A DNA stretch of 57,213 nucleotides from contig JAQUKS010000001.1 in the NCBI GenBank assembly GCA_028718965.1, forward strand, positions 1-57,213, given 5' to 3'. Origin of the DNA: Minisyncoccota bacterium (GTDB taxonomy: Bacteria > Patescibacteriota > Minisyncoccia > Minisyncoccales > CG1-02-41-26). Each line of letters opens with the position of its first letter. The stretch's first letter is position 1. Positions 17,446 through 25,996 of the stretch are shown here, in pieces. The notes beneath the pieces are model-generated. The model saw nothing but the letters and a program-made list of their open reading frames with translations. It did not search any database and was not told where the DNA came from. A program made the position numbers and the translations under genes.

Positions 17446-18648
17446 TCAAGATAAAATTTCGTTATAAATATTAAGGCAGGCAACGGCGGAATTGTCCCAG
17501 GTGATTTTTTCCACCTCCCCTGCCCCGTTTTCTTTCAGGGTGTTTTTCAAAACCGGATAATTCAAGACCGCCAATATTTTGCCGGCCATTTGGTTGATAT
17601 CCCAGAAATCCACCCGCAAACAATTTTTAATAACCTCCGAAACTCCTGATTGTTTGGAAATAATAACCGGCGTGCCGTGCCCCAGAGCCTCCAGGGCGGT
17701 AAGGCCGAACGGTTCGGACACCGAAGGCATTACGTATAAATCAGCCATTTGATAAACCCTGGCCAGGTTTTGGTCTCTTAAAAATCCGGTAAAAATTACC
17801 CTGTCCGCTATCCCCAAATCAATTGACTGGTTGATGAGCTGGGCTTCCATATCACCCGAGCCGGCCATTATGAAATAAACATCAGGAGATTTTTCCAGCA
17901 CCTTGGCCGCGGCGCGCAGAAAATAATCCGGGCCTTTTTGCAGAGTTAAGCGGCCCAGGAATAAAACGATTTTAAACTTTTCCTTCAGGCCGCTAAGATT
18001 CAATATTGTTTCGAAATTTTGAACGCTGCGTTCGCGCTCCAGGGCGTTATGTACCACTTTTACCTTCGCGGGATTGATGCCATAATACTCCACTACTTTT
18101 TGTCTGGTAAAATCGCTCACAGCAGTTATTCTGTCAGCTGTCTCAAAACCCTGCTTTTCAATGGCGTAAACCTGCTGATTGACGCCTGTGCCGCCGGTTC
18201 GATCGAATTCCGTGGCGTGAATGTGCGCCACCAGGGGCTTTCCGGAAACCTCTTTGGCCGCGATTCCCGCGGGATAACAAAGCCAGTCGTGGGAATGGAT
18301 AATGTCGAAATCCTCTCTTTCGGCTATTTGGCGCGCCAGCAGGCCGTATCTTACAACTTCATCAACCAACCCTCTCGCGCCCATGAAAAGCTGGCGGGTA
18401 ACCTTGCCGTATTGATCAGGAGTAAGGTAGGCGGCTGAAATGATTTTTTCCGCGTCAACCGGATTCTCGTCGGCAAAAATGATGCGGCAAAAGTCAGCGG
18501 AACAATTTATTTTTTTGGGCAAAACGAAAATCACTTCAACGCCCTGTTTAGCCAGAGCCTTTGTCAAACCATAGCAAGCCACCCCCAATCCGCCGGAATT
18601 AAAGGGTGGAAATTCCCATCCGAACATTAGAACCTTTAACTTTTTCAT
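17446..18648 (-). CDS. GT-B glycosyltransferase, glycogen/starch synthase-like (GT4/GT5)
   Basis: KVLMFGWEFPPFNSGGLGVA N-terminus and the EPFGLTALEA motif (E-x7-E type). Confidence 0.7.
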   Translation of the reverse strand: MKKLKVLMFGWEFPPFNSGGLGVACYGLTKALAKQGVEVIFVLPKKINCSADFCRIIFADENPVDAEKIISAAYLTPDQYGKVTRQLFMGARGLVDEVVRYGLLARQIAEREDFDIIHSHDWLCYPAGIAAKEVSGKPLVAHIHATEFDRTGGTGVNQQVYAIEKQGFETADRITAVSDFTRQKVVEYYGINPAKVKVVHNALERERSVQNFETILNLSGLKEKFKIVLFLGRLTLQKGPDYFLRAAAKVLEKSPDVYFIMAGSGDMEAQLINQSIDLGIADRVIFTGFLRDQNLARVYQMADLYVMPSVSEPFGLTALEALGHGTPVIISKQSGVSEVIKNCLRVDFWDINQMAGKILAVLNYPVLKNTLKENGAGEVEKITWDNSAVACLNIYNEILS

Positions 18649-18690
18649 TTTTTATTGCCCGATTGTGGAATTTACTCTTTGGCTGTTTTC

Positions 18691-18718
18691 ATTATAGCCC
18701 TTCATCGCGCAAGAACAA
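18691..18718 (-). promoter_or_regulatory. Candidate sigma70-type promoter for the glucan operon
   Basis: Minus strand reads TTGTTC-16 nt-TATAAT, about 40 nt upstream of the GT4/5 start. Confidence 0.35.
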
Positions 18719-18730
18719 AAGTGGATAAAA

Positions 18731-19453
18731 TCAGCTTTGTTCGAAAAGCAGAGCGGCCCCGATGGCATTGGCGTTGGAGCCCGGCTTGAGCAAAAATATC
18801 TTGGGCATTTGTTTTTGGGGCGCGAGAAGGAATCCGGCTATTATTTGTTTCTTGGGCGCTTTGACTCCCCCGCCCCCGATAACGATCATCTCCGGATTGA
18901 TGATGTTCATAAGATTGGCAAGACCGATGGCGTTTATTCTTTCCTGTTCTTTGGGATTGTTTTTGCTTTTTTGATAGAGCTTTTCCCAGGATCTTCCTTT
19001 GTCAATTATCATGTGGCCCACTTCACCGGCCGGGCTTTCAAGTATTCTGCCGTTTATCATCAATCCCCCGCCTATTCCGGTGCCAAAAGCGACTGCCAGA
19101 ACGTTTTTATGCCCTTTGGCCGCTCCCAAAGATGATTCGGCCCTTAAAAGGCAGTGAACGTCATTGTCGATCCTCACTGTTTTTTCCGGCCAAAGTTTTT
19201 TCAAATTAAGACCATCCAGATGGGGCGCGTTCGGGCATTTGATGATTTGCCCTTTGTAAGCGTCAAAAACACCAGGCACGCCGACCCCTATTTTACGCAA
19301 ACCATACTCCAGCCCTATCGCTTTGAGAACGCTTTGTTTCGGACTACCGTTGACGCGCTTTTGCTCAACGACCCCGCGGCCGTCCCAAACAACAACGTTT
19401 ATCTTCGACCCCCCGATGTCTATGCCCAAAACATTTTCTTTTTGCTTTGCCAT
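18731..19453 (-). CDS. ROK family sugar kinase (glucokinase-like)
   Basis: LGIDIGGSKINV ATP-binding N-terminus and GTGIGGG. It is short (240 aa) and has no Zn motif. Confidence 0.75.
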   Translation of the reverse strand: MAKQKENVLGIDIGGSKINVVVWDGRGVVEQKRVNGSPKQSVLKAIGLEYGLRKIGVGVPGVFDAYKGQIIKCPNAPHLDGLNLKKLWPEKTVRIDNDVHCLLRAESSLGAAKGHKNVLAVAFGTGIGGGLMINGRILESPAGEVGHMIIDKGRSWEKLYQKSKNNPKEQERINAIGLANLMNIINPEMIVIGGGGVKAPKKQIIAGFLLAPQKQMPKIFLLKPGSNANAIGAALLFEQS

Positions 19454-19630
19454 TGTTTGATTATATCACAAGGGGGAAATATGAAAAATCGTGTAATGTA
19501 AAATGCCTGATCATTTGAACTTTAGAAATATGCCGCGCGACACATTGTAAAAATTCCAACTTATGGTAGGCTTGCTTCAATAAGCTTTTTCAAGTTAATT
19601 GAGTACCTTTAAAAAGAAAGGAGGACGAAA

Positions 19631-20149
19631 ATGCCACTGGGCCGCGCAAAATGCAAAGCCTGCGGGATAGAAGTCACAGCGGAGATGGAGACGGATATCA
19701 AGTGTTCGAAATGCGGAAGAATTTTCCAAATTCCCAATGAGCCACGATATTTTCTTAAATCGCGGTTGGCTAACCACTCAATTTCTACTCTTGCGCCAAG
19801 GATTAATATTGAGATGCACTCCTTGTTCTTGTCGCAAGAAGCCGAGGAAGAGGCAATTAAGCCTTATGCCCGGCAGGGTAAACGAGTTCCAAAACCTTTT
19901 ACTTTTATTTCTCTGTCCTCTGAACAAGAGCCAGAGATCATAGAGGAGCAGGCTGGTGCCTGGGTGCTGATAGATATGCCTGGGCATGAAAGCCTGAGAG
20001 ATGTTGAATACGTGTTCGATGGAATCTCACTGTCAATCGGAAGTATGAAATTTTCTTTTAAGAGAGAATTTCATATCCTCGACGGAAAAGCTGAAAATGT
20101 CAATCTTAAAAACGGTATATTTTCTTTTTTTATTAGAAAGGAGCAGTAA
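19631..20149 (+). CDS. Zinc-ribbon protein with a C-terminal Hsp20/alpha-crystallin-like domain
   Basis: Strong SD (AAAGGAGG). CKACG..CSKCG is followed by AWVLIDMPGHESLRDVEYVFDGISLSI...NLKNGIFSFFIRK, which resembles an ACD. Confidence 0.55.
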   Translation: MPLGRAKCKACGIEVTAEMETDIKCSKCGRIFQIPNEPRYFLKSRLANHSISTLAPRINIEMHSLFLSQEAEEEAIKPYARQGKRVPKPFTFISLSSEQEPEIIEEQAGAWVLIDMPGHESLRDVEYVFDGISLSIGSMKFSFKREFHILDGKAENVNLKNGIFSFFIRKEQ

Positions 20150-20716
20150 ATGAAAGAAGTATATGTTGTTCCAATGGTGCACACTGTTCAGGAGCTCGGC
20201 AGCCTGGAAAAAAGAATAATGGAAACTCGGCTAAGGCTTTTCGGAGCCGAGCAGACCGAAAAGTTTTTCGACCAAGTCGAGCAGTATTGGCAAGAAGCTG
20301 AAAGAAAGATCGAAGGGGCTGGATTATTCCAGCCCGAAATCGCTGCCGGGGCGCAGATATTCATTGACAGCCTGCCAAATGTCAATGAATATATTGTTCA
20401 GAAGGTCCTCCAAGATTTAATCAGACAAGGCAGTCCTGCCTACAAAATAATTGACCGGCTTCAAAAAGCCGGGGCTAAGGTGTGGGGGACCGAAGATACC
20501 AACTTGCTATTAGAGGAATACCGATACTGGCAGGATGTCGCAAGCGGCAAAAAAATTATTGATATCTTGGAAATCGAAAAGTTATTGAGGGCCCGAGATA
20601 GGGCCATAACCCGACGGATTAACCTAGTCATGTCAGAAAACGGCGAAATCGGAATCGTTTTTATTGGCGCTAAACATAATTTAATGTTTAAAACCGTAAA
20701 AATTATAAACCTTTAA
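20150..20716 (+). CDS. Hypothetical protein, weak TraB/GumN-like pattern
   Basis: The start abuts the upstream stop (TAAATG). VPMVHT near the N-terminus and ARDRAI...IVFIGAKHNL at the C-terminus resemble the TraB/GumN family. Confidence 0.4.
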   Translation: MKEVYVVPMVHTVQELGSLEKRIMETRLRLFGAEQTEKFFDQVEQYWQEAERKIEGAGLFQPEIAAGAQIFIDSLPNVNEYIVQKVLQDLIRQGSPAYKIIDRLQKAGAKVWGTEDTNLLLEEYRYWQDVASGKKIIDILEIEKLLRARDRAITRRINLVMSENGEIGIVFIGAKHNLMFKTVKIINL

Positions 20717-20723
20717 CCTAAAA

Positions 20724-20772
20724 CACGGCGAAGCTTGTGTCGTAAAACGCACAAGCAAGCCGTGATTTTTTT
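20724..20772 (+). terminator. Intrinsic terminator
   Basis: CACGGC..GCTTGTG..CACAAGC..GCCGTG compound hairpin followed by TTTTTTT. Confidence 0.75.
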
Positions 20773-20924
20773 ATATATCGCGAGAGACCATATAGGTCAA
20801 AACATGAAAAAGCAGCCACGTCTGTCAGCCCTGATTTTTCCAAGAATAATAAGGCGGATTGTAAAATCTCGCCTCATTGCCTATCTTTATTACTGGCCCA
20901 TTACGATTTTATTAGCAAAATAAA

Positions 20925-21185
20925 TCATTTTATTATTTCAAAGTGAACATTGCCTTTATTTTTCCATTCTTCAAAATATTCTTTTGGTATACCAGAGTGT
21001 CTTACCGCGAGTTTCATCGTTTTATCATTCTCTCTATTGCTGTGTATCGCTTGCACTACTCTATATTCCCCTCCTATCCTTCCATTATAAAAATAATGCG
21101 AACCATCGATATGTCCGCATTAAAAACCATACGCTTCTAAAAATTTAACCAAACACCTGAAAGACCAATTCTTTAGTCTTGCCAT
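20925..21185 (-). pseudogene. HicA-like mRNA interferase toxin interrupted by an in-frame TAA
   Basis: Hand translation gives MARLKNWSFRCLVKFLEAYGF*CGHIDGSHYFYNGRIGGEYRVVQAIHSNRENDKTMKLAVRHSGIPKEYFEEWKNK... The stop lies at 21120-21122. The GF..GSH..H pattern is HicA-like. Confidence 0.6.
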
Positions 21186-21195
21186 AATCACCAGC

Positions 21196-21579
21196 TTAAT
21201 AGTTATTCATACATAGATCTCTGCTCCCCATGAAATCACTTATTGGAAGAGAAAACAATGAAGAAGATTTAATTTCTGGAGTTATCTTTCTCACCCCTTC
21301 CTCATTTTTTGCTGTTATAAACCTACTATACTCTTCATAAATCTTCCAATATTTTTCCGGAGCGGGCCGATTTAATAAGCTATCGTCTAATTTATTTTTC
21401 CATACATTTATAATGTATCCTCTCGTTGCCTCTTTAATTTGGTTAATAGCTCCTTCTTTGCTTTCTGTCTCCTCAATAATGTCAAAATCTAAACAAACCC
21501 CAATATATTTCTTTTTTTCTGGGTATATTAAAATCCTTGCTATGCCCTGCTCTCTCTTATTGTTTAGATTCTTTTTCAT
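21196..21579 (-). CDS. HicB-like antitoxin-family protein
   Basis: RILIYPEKKKYIGVCLDFDIIEETESKEGAINQIKEATRGYI fits the HicB N-terminal domain. It lies 10 nt upstream of the hicA-like remnant. Confidence 0.5.
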   Translation of the reverse strand: MKKNLNNKREQGIARILIYPEKKKYIGVCLDFDIIEETESKEGAINQIKEATRGYIINVWKNKLDDSLLNRPAPEKYWKIYEEYSRFITAKNEEGVRKITPEIKSSSLFSLPISDFMGSRDLCMNNY

Positions 21580-21649
21580 ATTTTATCTTTATGTATTCTT
21601 AGTATAGCACCAAAAATTTGTGTCAACAATAATTCCTAATATAATATTG

Positions 21650-21722
21650 TGCCCCCGTCGCGACTCGAACGCGAAACCAATTGCTTAAAAGGCAACTGCT
21701 CTGCCAATTGAGCTACGGGGGC
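21650..21722 (-). tRNA. tRNA-Lys (anticodon UUU)
   Basis: Folded by hand into a cloverleaf: acceptor GCCCCCG/CGGGGGC, D-arm GCTC/GAGC, anticodon loop CTTTTAA, T-arm TCGCG-TTCGAGT-CGCGA, discriminator A. No CCA is encoded. Confidence 0.9.
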
Positions 21723-21765
21723 CAGTGTCGCGCGAAATTTCCCGCGCGATGAACCGTTTTTGTTT

Positions 21766-22866
21766 TTACAATCCCTCTTTTTTTAGTTCCTCCAGTATCT
21801 TTTTTTGTTCTTTGGTAAGCTTCTTGGGCGTTATAACCTGCAATTCAACATACAAATCGCCCTTTCCCCAGCTTGCGAAATGGGGAATGCCTTTGCCCGC
21901 CAGCCGGAAAATTTTTCCCGACTCCACTCCCGCGGGGATTTTCAGAGAAAGTTTTTTGTTCTCCAGAGAATCCAAATCAGTTTCGCCCCCCAGCGTTGCC
22001 AGAGAAAAAGGAATGTTGGCCACGGCAAACAGGTCGTCGCCCTTTCTTTCAAAAATCGGATGGGGCTTGATTACTATTTTAACGTATAAATCGCCCGCGG
22101 CTCCGCCCCGCTTGCCCGCTCCGCCCGCTCCTTCCACTCGTAGCGCCTGGCCGCTGTCAACGCCCGCGGGAATTACAACTTCAATTTCTTCTTGCTGCTT
22201 AATGCGGCCTTCGCCTCCGCACACGTTACAAGGCCTTTCGGGTATTTTCCCTTCGCCCTTGCATTCGGGGCAGACAGCTTCTTGGGAAAAAGTAAGAGGG
22301 CCCATCTTTTTCATCTGCTGCACCCAACCGGTGCTCCGGCAGGAAAAACATTCTTTTATTTTGCTGCCTGCTTCCGCTCCGGTGCCGTCGCACCGGATGC
22401 ATTTGACCATTTTACTCAAATTTATCTTTTTGGCAACGTCTTTCAGGGTATCCTTGAGGTCTATGGCAATGTCAACCTGCAAGTCTTGGCCTTTGTTTTT
22501 CGGTTTTCTTTTCTGCGGCCTGGCTCCGAAGCCGAGATTGCTGAAAATATCTCCGAGATCGAAATCGCCGAAGTCGAAATTGCCTCCCTGGCCGTTCGCG
22601 AACGAGCTGAAATCAAAGCCGCCAAAGCCGTTGCTCGCGCCACCGGGGCCCGCGGCGCCCTCAAATACGCGGCCATATTGGTCGTACTGGGCTCTTTTTT
22701 CCTTGTTGCCAAGCACCTGGTAAGCCTCGTTAATCTCTTTGAACTTTTTTTCATCACCGCCTTTTTTGTCAGGGTGATACTGATGAGCGAGCTTGCGGTA
22801 AGCCTGCTTTACTTCTTCTTGCGAAGCAGTTTTATTGACACCGAGTGTTTGATAATAATCGGACAT
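21766..22866 (-). CDS. dnaJ: Chaperone DnaJ
   Basis: J domain (YYQTLGV...HPDK), a G/F-rich region and four CxxCxGxG zinc repeats. Confidence 0.95.
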   Translation of the reverse strand: MSDYYQTLGVNKTASQEEVKQAYRKLAHQYHPDKKGGDEKKFKEINEAYQVLGNKEKRAQYDQYGRVFEGAAGPGGASNGFGGFDFSSFANGQGGNFDFGDFDLGDIFSNLGFGARPQKRKPKNKGQDLQVDIAIDLKDTLKDVAKKINLSKMVKCIRCDGTGAEAGSKIKECFSCRSTGWVQQMKKMGPLTFSQEAVCPECKGEGKIPERPCNVCGGEGRIKQQEEIEVVIPAGVDSGQALRVEGAGGAGKRGGAAGDLYVKIVIKPHPIFERKGDDLFAVANIPFSLATLGGETDLDSLENKKLSLKIPAGVESGKIFRLAGKGIPHFASWGKGDLYVELQVITPKKLTKEQKKILEELKKEGL

Positions 22867-22904
22867 AAAAAATAACTAATAACAAATACCAAACGCCTGC
22901 TAAA

Positions 22905-22969
22905 ATGCCCGACGCCGGAAATTAATCATCGGACATTCGTATTTTGGTATCTTATCCGGCGTCGGGCAT
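22905..22969 (-). repeat. 15-bp perfect inverted repeat between dnaK and dnaJ
   Basis: ATGCCCGACGCCGGA (22905-22919) pairs with TCCGGCGTCGGGCAT (22955-22969). On the minus strand the hairpin is followed by TTTTAG, so it may act as an attenuator or processing site. Confidence 0.6.
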
Positions 22970-22978
22970 CATTAAATC

Positions 22979-24874
22979 TTAAACATTCTTTTCCTTGAAC
23001 TCCCCTTCTTCGGGAGTTTTTTTGTCATCGGGATTTCCCTGCGGCGGTTGTTGCTGCTCGCCGGCCGTTTGCTGCTGCTTATACATTGTCTCGCCGATTT
23101 TCTGGGCCGCTTTTGACAATTCTTCGGTTTTGCTTTTAATCTCTTCCATATTATCATTATCTTTTACTTTCTTCAAATCGTCAATTTTCTGCTCGGCGTC
23201 TTTTTTTTGCTCTTCAGGCACTTTATCCCCGCCGTCTTTGATGGCTTTTTCGGTAGCGTAAATCAGGTTGTCAGCCAGATTACGGGCTTCAATCAGTTCG
23301 CGCTTCTTTTTGTCCTGGTCGGCGTGCAATTCGGCGTCTTTTCTCATTTTTTCGATTTCCTCTTTGGATAATCCGGAAGCCCCTTCGATTCTGATAGATT
23401 GGCTTTTGCCCGAAGCTTTGTCTTTGGCTGAAACATTCAAAATTCCGTTGGCGTCAATGTCAAAGCTCACCTCAACCTGGGGCACGCCCCTGGGAGCGGG
23501 CGGAATGCCGTCCAAGATAAAATGCCCTAAGGTTTTGTTGTCGTCAGCCATGGGCCGCTCACCCTGCAAAACCCTGATTTCCACTGACGGCTGGTTGTCC
23601 GCGGCCGTGGAAAACACTTGCGATTTGGCCGTGGGCACGGTAGTGTTTTTGGCTATCAACACCGTGTTTACCTTGCCCAGCGTCTCGATGCCCAGGCTCA
23701 ACGGAGTGACATCCAAGAGTAAGACATCTTTGATATCGCCCTGCAAAATACCTCCCTGAATGGCCGCTCCCACAGCCACCACTTCGTCAGGATTGATTTC
23801 TTTGTTAGGCTCTTTGTTGAACAGTTTTTTGATTTCCTCCTGGATGCGGGGCATACGGGTCTGGCCACCCACCAAAACCACTTCTTCGATGTCCGAGGGC
23901 GAGAGCTTTATTTCGTTCAGGGTTTGCTTTACCAGCTCAATGGAGCGTTTGATGTCGTCTTCCACCATTGATTCCAGTTTGGCGCGGCCCAGTTTCAAAA
24001 GCAGATGCTTGGGCCCGGAAGCGTCCGAAGTGATAAACGGCAGGTTGATTTCGGTTTCCATGCTCGTTGAGAGCTCTATCTTGGCTTTCTCGGCCGCCTC
24101 CTTGATTCTTTGCAGGGCCAGGGTGTCTTTTGACAGATCAACCCCTTGCTCTTTTTTGAATTCGGCCACCACCCAGTCCATTATTTTCTGGTCAAAGTCG
24201 TCTCCGCCCAGGTGGGTGTCCCCGCCGGTTGCTTTTACCTCAACAGTGTCCTGTGAAACGTCAAGCACCGAGATATCGAAAGTGCCTCCGCCGAAATCAT
24301 AAACCACGATCTGCTGGTTTTTCTTTTTATCCAAGCCGTAAGCCAGGGCCGCCGCGGTCGGCTCGTTGATTACCCGCAAGACCTCCAGGCCGGCGATTTC
24401 ACCCGCCACCTTGGTGGCCTTTCTTTGCGAATCGTCGAAATAAGCCGGGCAGGTAATAATGGCCTGGGTTATTTTTTCGCCTGTTTTGTCTTCGGCGTCC
24501 TGTTTCAGCTTCTGCAGAATCATCGCGGAAATTTCCTGGGGCGTGTGCCACTTGTCGCCCATTTTCACTTCAACTCCCCCGTCTGATTTTTCCCTGATCT
24601 CGTAAGGCAAAAGGGTTTTGTCTTTTTGCGTTTCTTTATCGGAAAAATTGCGCCCGATAAGCCGCTTGATGGAAAAAATAGTATTCTGCGGATTGGTAAT
24701 GGCCTGGCGTTTGGCGATAACGCCCACCAGCCGTTCGTTGTTTTTCGTCAAAGACACGATTGAAGGCGTAGTGCGCCCGCCCTCTTTGTTTTCGATTATT
24801 TTTGAAGTCCCGCCTTCGACTATCGCCATAGCCGAGTTAGTGGTACCCAGATCAATGCCTAATATTTTGCTCAT
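22979..24874 (-). CDS. dnaK: Chaperone DnaK (Hsp70)
   Basis: [17 protein letters not shown] and the full Hsp70 architecture. Confidence 0.97.
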   Translation of the reverse strand: MSKILGIDLGTTNSAMAIVEGGTSKIIENKEGGRTTPSIVSLTKNNERLVGVIAKRQAITNPQNTIFSIKRLIGRNFSDKETQKDKTLLPYEIREKSDGGVEVKMGDKWHTPQEISAMILQKLKQDAEDKTGEKITQAIITCPAYFDDSQRKATKVAGEIAGLEVLRVINEPTAAALAYGLDKKKNQQIVVYDFGGGTFDISVLDVSQDTVEVKATGGDTHLGGDDFDQKIMDWVVAEFKKEQGVDLSKDTLALQRIKEAAEKAKIELSTSMETEINLPFITSDASGPKHLLLKLGRAKLESMVEDDIKRSIELVKQTLNEIKLSPSDIEEVVLVGGQTRMPRIQEEIKKLFNKEPNKEINPDEVVAVGAAIQGGILQGDIKDVLLLDVTPLSLGIETLGKVNTVLIAKNTTVPTAKSQVFSTAADNQPSVEIRVLQGERPMADDNKTLGHFILDGIPPAPRGVPQVEVSFDIDANGILNVSAKDKASGKSQSIRIEGASGLSKEEIEKMRKDAELHADQDKKKRELIEARNLADNLIYATEKAIKDGGDKVPEEQKKDAEQKIDDLKKVKDNDNMEEIKSKTEELSKAAQKIGETMYKQQQTAGEQQQPPQGNPDDKKTPEEGEFKEKNV

Positions 24875-24898
24875 ATGTTTTTTGTTTTATTTTTTATT

Positions 24899-25384
24899 TT
24901 ACTTTATTATTTTTACTTTTGCCGGCCTTAATAGTTCGCGGTTTAGCAAATATCCTTTTTGCACCACTTCGGCCACCGTGCCCGGCTCCCTTTCCTTGCT
25001 GTCTGTTTCGCCTATGGCCTCATGAAACTCCGGATTGAAGTCTTCGCCCAGGGCCTTGATTTCTTCAAGGCCGTCTTTTTTCAGCTCTTCCAAAAATTTT
25101 GCGTAAATCATGAAATTGGCTTTTATCCATTCGTTATCCTGCAAGTTATCGGGTAAATGGTTCTGCGCCAGTTCCAAATCGTCGTAAAAAGCCAGGATTT
25201 TCAGCAGCCAGTCCCTGTCCAGGCGCTTTTTCAGCCAGGCCGTGCGTTCGGCTTCGTCTTTCTGAAAATTGATAAAATCAGCCTTGCACCTTTGCCAGCC
25301 CGCCAGATATTCGTCGCGGAGCTTCGCGTATTCTTCCAGTTTTATTTGGATGCCTTCCTGTTCTTTTGGGTTGTCATTGTTCAT
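24899..25384 (-). CDS. grpE: Nucleotide exchange factor GrpE
   Basis: Coiled-coil N-terminus and a C-terminal beta domain (FNPEFHEAI...VVQKGY). The start was chosen at ATG 25384 to avoid overlap; the longest ORF extends to 25426. Confidence 0.85.
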   Translation of the reverse strand: MNNDNPKEQEGIQIKLEEYAKLRDEYLAGWQRCKADFINFQKDEAERTAWLKKRLDRDWLLKILAFYDDLELAQNHLPDNLQDNEWIKANFMIYAKFLEELKKDGLEEIKALGEDFNPEFHEAIGETDSKEREPGTVAEVVQKGYLLNRELLRPAKVKIIK

Positions 25385-25398
25385 AATATTTTTTGTTT

Positions 25399-25860
25399 TT
25401 ATCCCCTGCCGAATCTTTTTTTGCAATACGGGCAGCAGATTGAATCATATTCCGGCTCGCCCAGAACGACAAGCTCCAGATTTTCCAGGCGGTTGTCGTC
25501 TTTGCGTTTATTTTTATGACACACGGTTTCGTTGGATTTCAATCCCCTGCCCAGAAAACGCTCCATAACCAGTCTGTGCTCGGGCAGATAGCCTTTTTTG
25601 TTGGCATTGGGATGCTCGGGCAGATAAACCATAACATAGCCGCTTTGGCTGTCTTTGTATTTTCCGCCTTTCCAAAAAGGATTGTTCGGGCCGCTCCTGT
25701 CCGCTTCATATGGCCTGATATCCCTTATTTCGAATCTGGCGGCCCAGCGCGAAATCGTAGTGATGTTCACTCCGCACACTTCGGCAATCTCTGAAATCGT
25801 AAGCTCTTCGGTGATATATTTTTTGCAAAGCCAGACTTTATCCTGGTATCTTTTTTCCAT
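25399..25860 (-). CDS. HTH plus HNH endonuclease-family protein, first gene of the chaperone operon
   Basis: An N-terminal HTH (LTISEIAEVCGVNITTISRW) is followed by GYVMVYLPEHPNANKKGYLPEHRLVME...VCHKNKRKDDNRLENLEL (HNH_3-type pattern with the usual HH changed to CH) and a terminal CCPYC. Confidence 0.7.
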   Translation of the reverse strand: MEKRYQDKVWLCKKYITEELTISEIAEVCGVNITTISRWAARFEIRDIRPYEADRSGPNNPFWKGGKYKDSQSGYVMVYLPEHPNANKKGYLPEHRLVMERFLGRGLKSNETVCHKNKRKDDNRLENLELVVLGEPEYDSICCPYCKKRFGRG

Positions 25861-25870
25861 AGATATTTCT

Positions 25871-25907
25871 ATTATAGATAATCAGCACCCGATGTCAAGG
25901 GTGCTAA
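25871..25907 (-). promoter_or_regulatory. Consensus promoter overlapped by a CIRCE-like inverted repeat
   Basis: Minus strand reads TTAGCACCC-TTGACATC-GGGTGCTGA (compare CIRCE TTAGCACTC-N9-GAGTGCTAA). TTGACA-16 nt-TATAAT is embedded in it. Only 10 nt separate the -10 box from the ATG. Confidence 0.6.
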
Positions 25908-25996
25908 TTTCGCGGCATTGGGTAAAAGATATTCACAGCTTTGCAGGACATAGTTGTTGTATAATGAACGAATAGATTTTATCAACTGTCTTTAAT

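Noticed and set aside
21725-22875. Long plus-strand ORFs (332 aa and 227 aa) opposite dnaJ.
   Set aside because: They are shadow ORFs of a confidently identified gene. The translations are low-complexity (S/P/F-rich), with no SD or motif.
22995-25025. Series of plus-strand ORFs (88-180 aa) opposite dnaK.
   Set aside because: These are antisense shadow frames of dnaK with Ser/Leu/Phe-rich nonsense composition.
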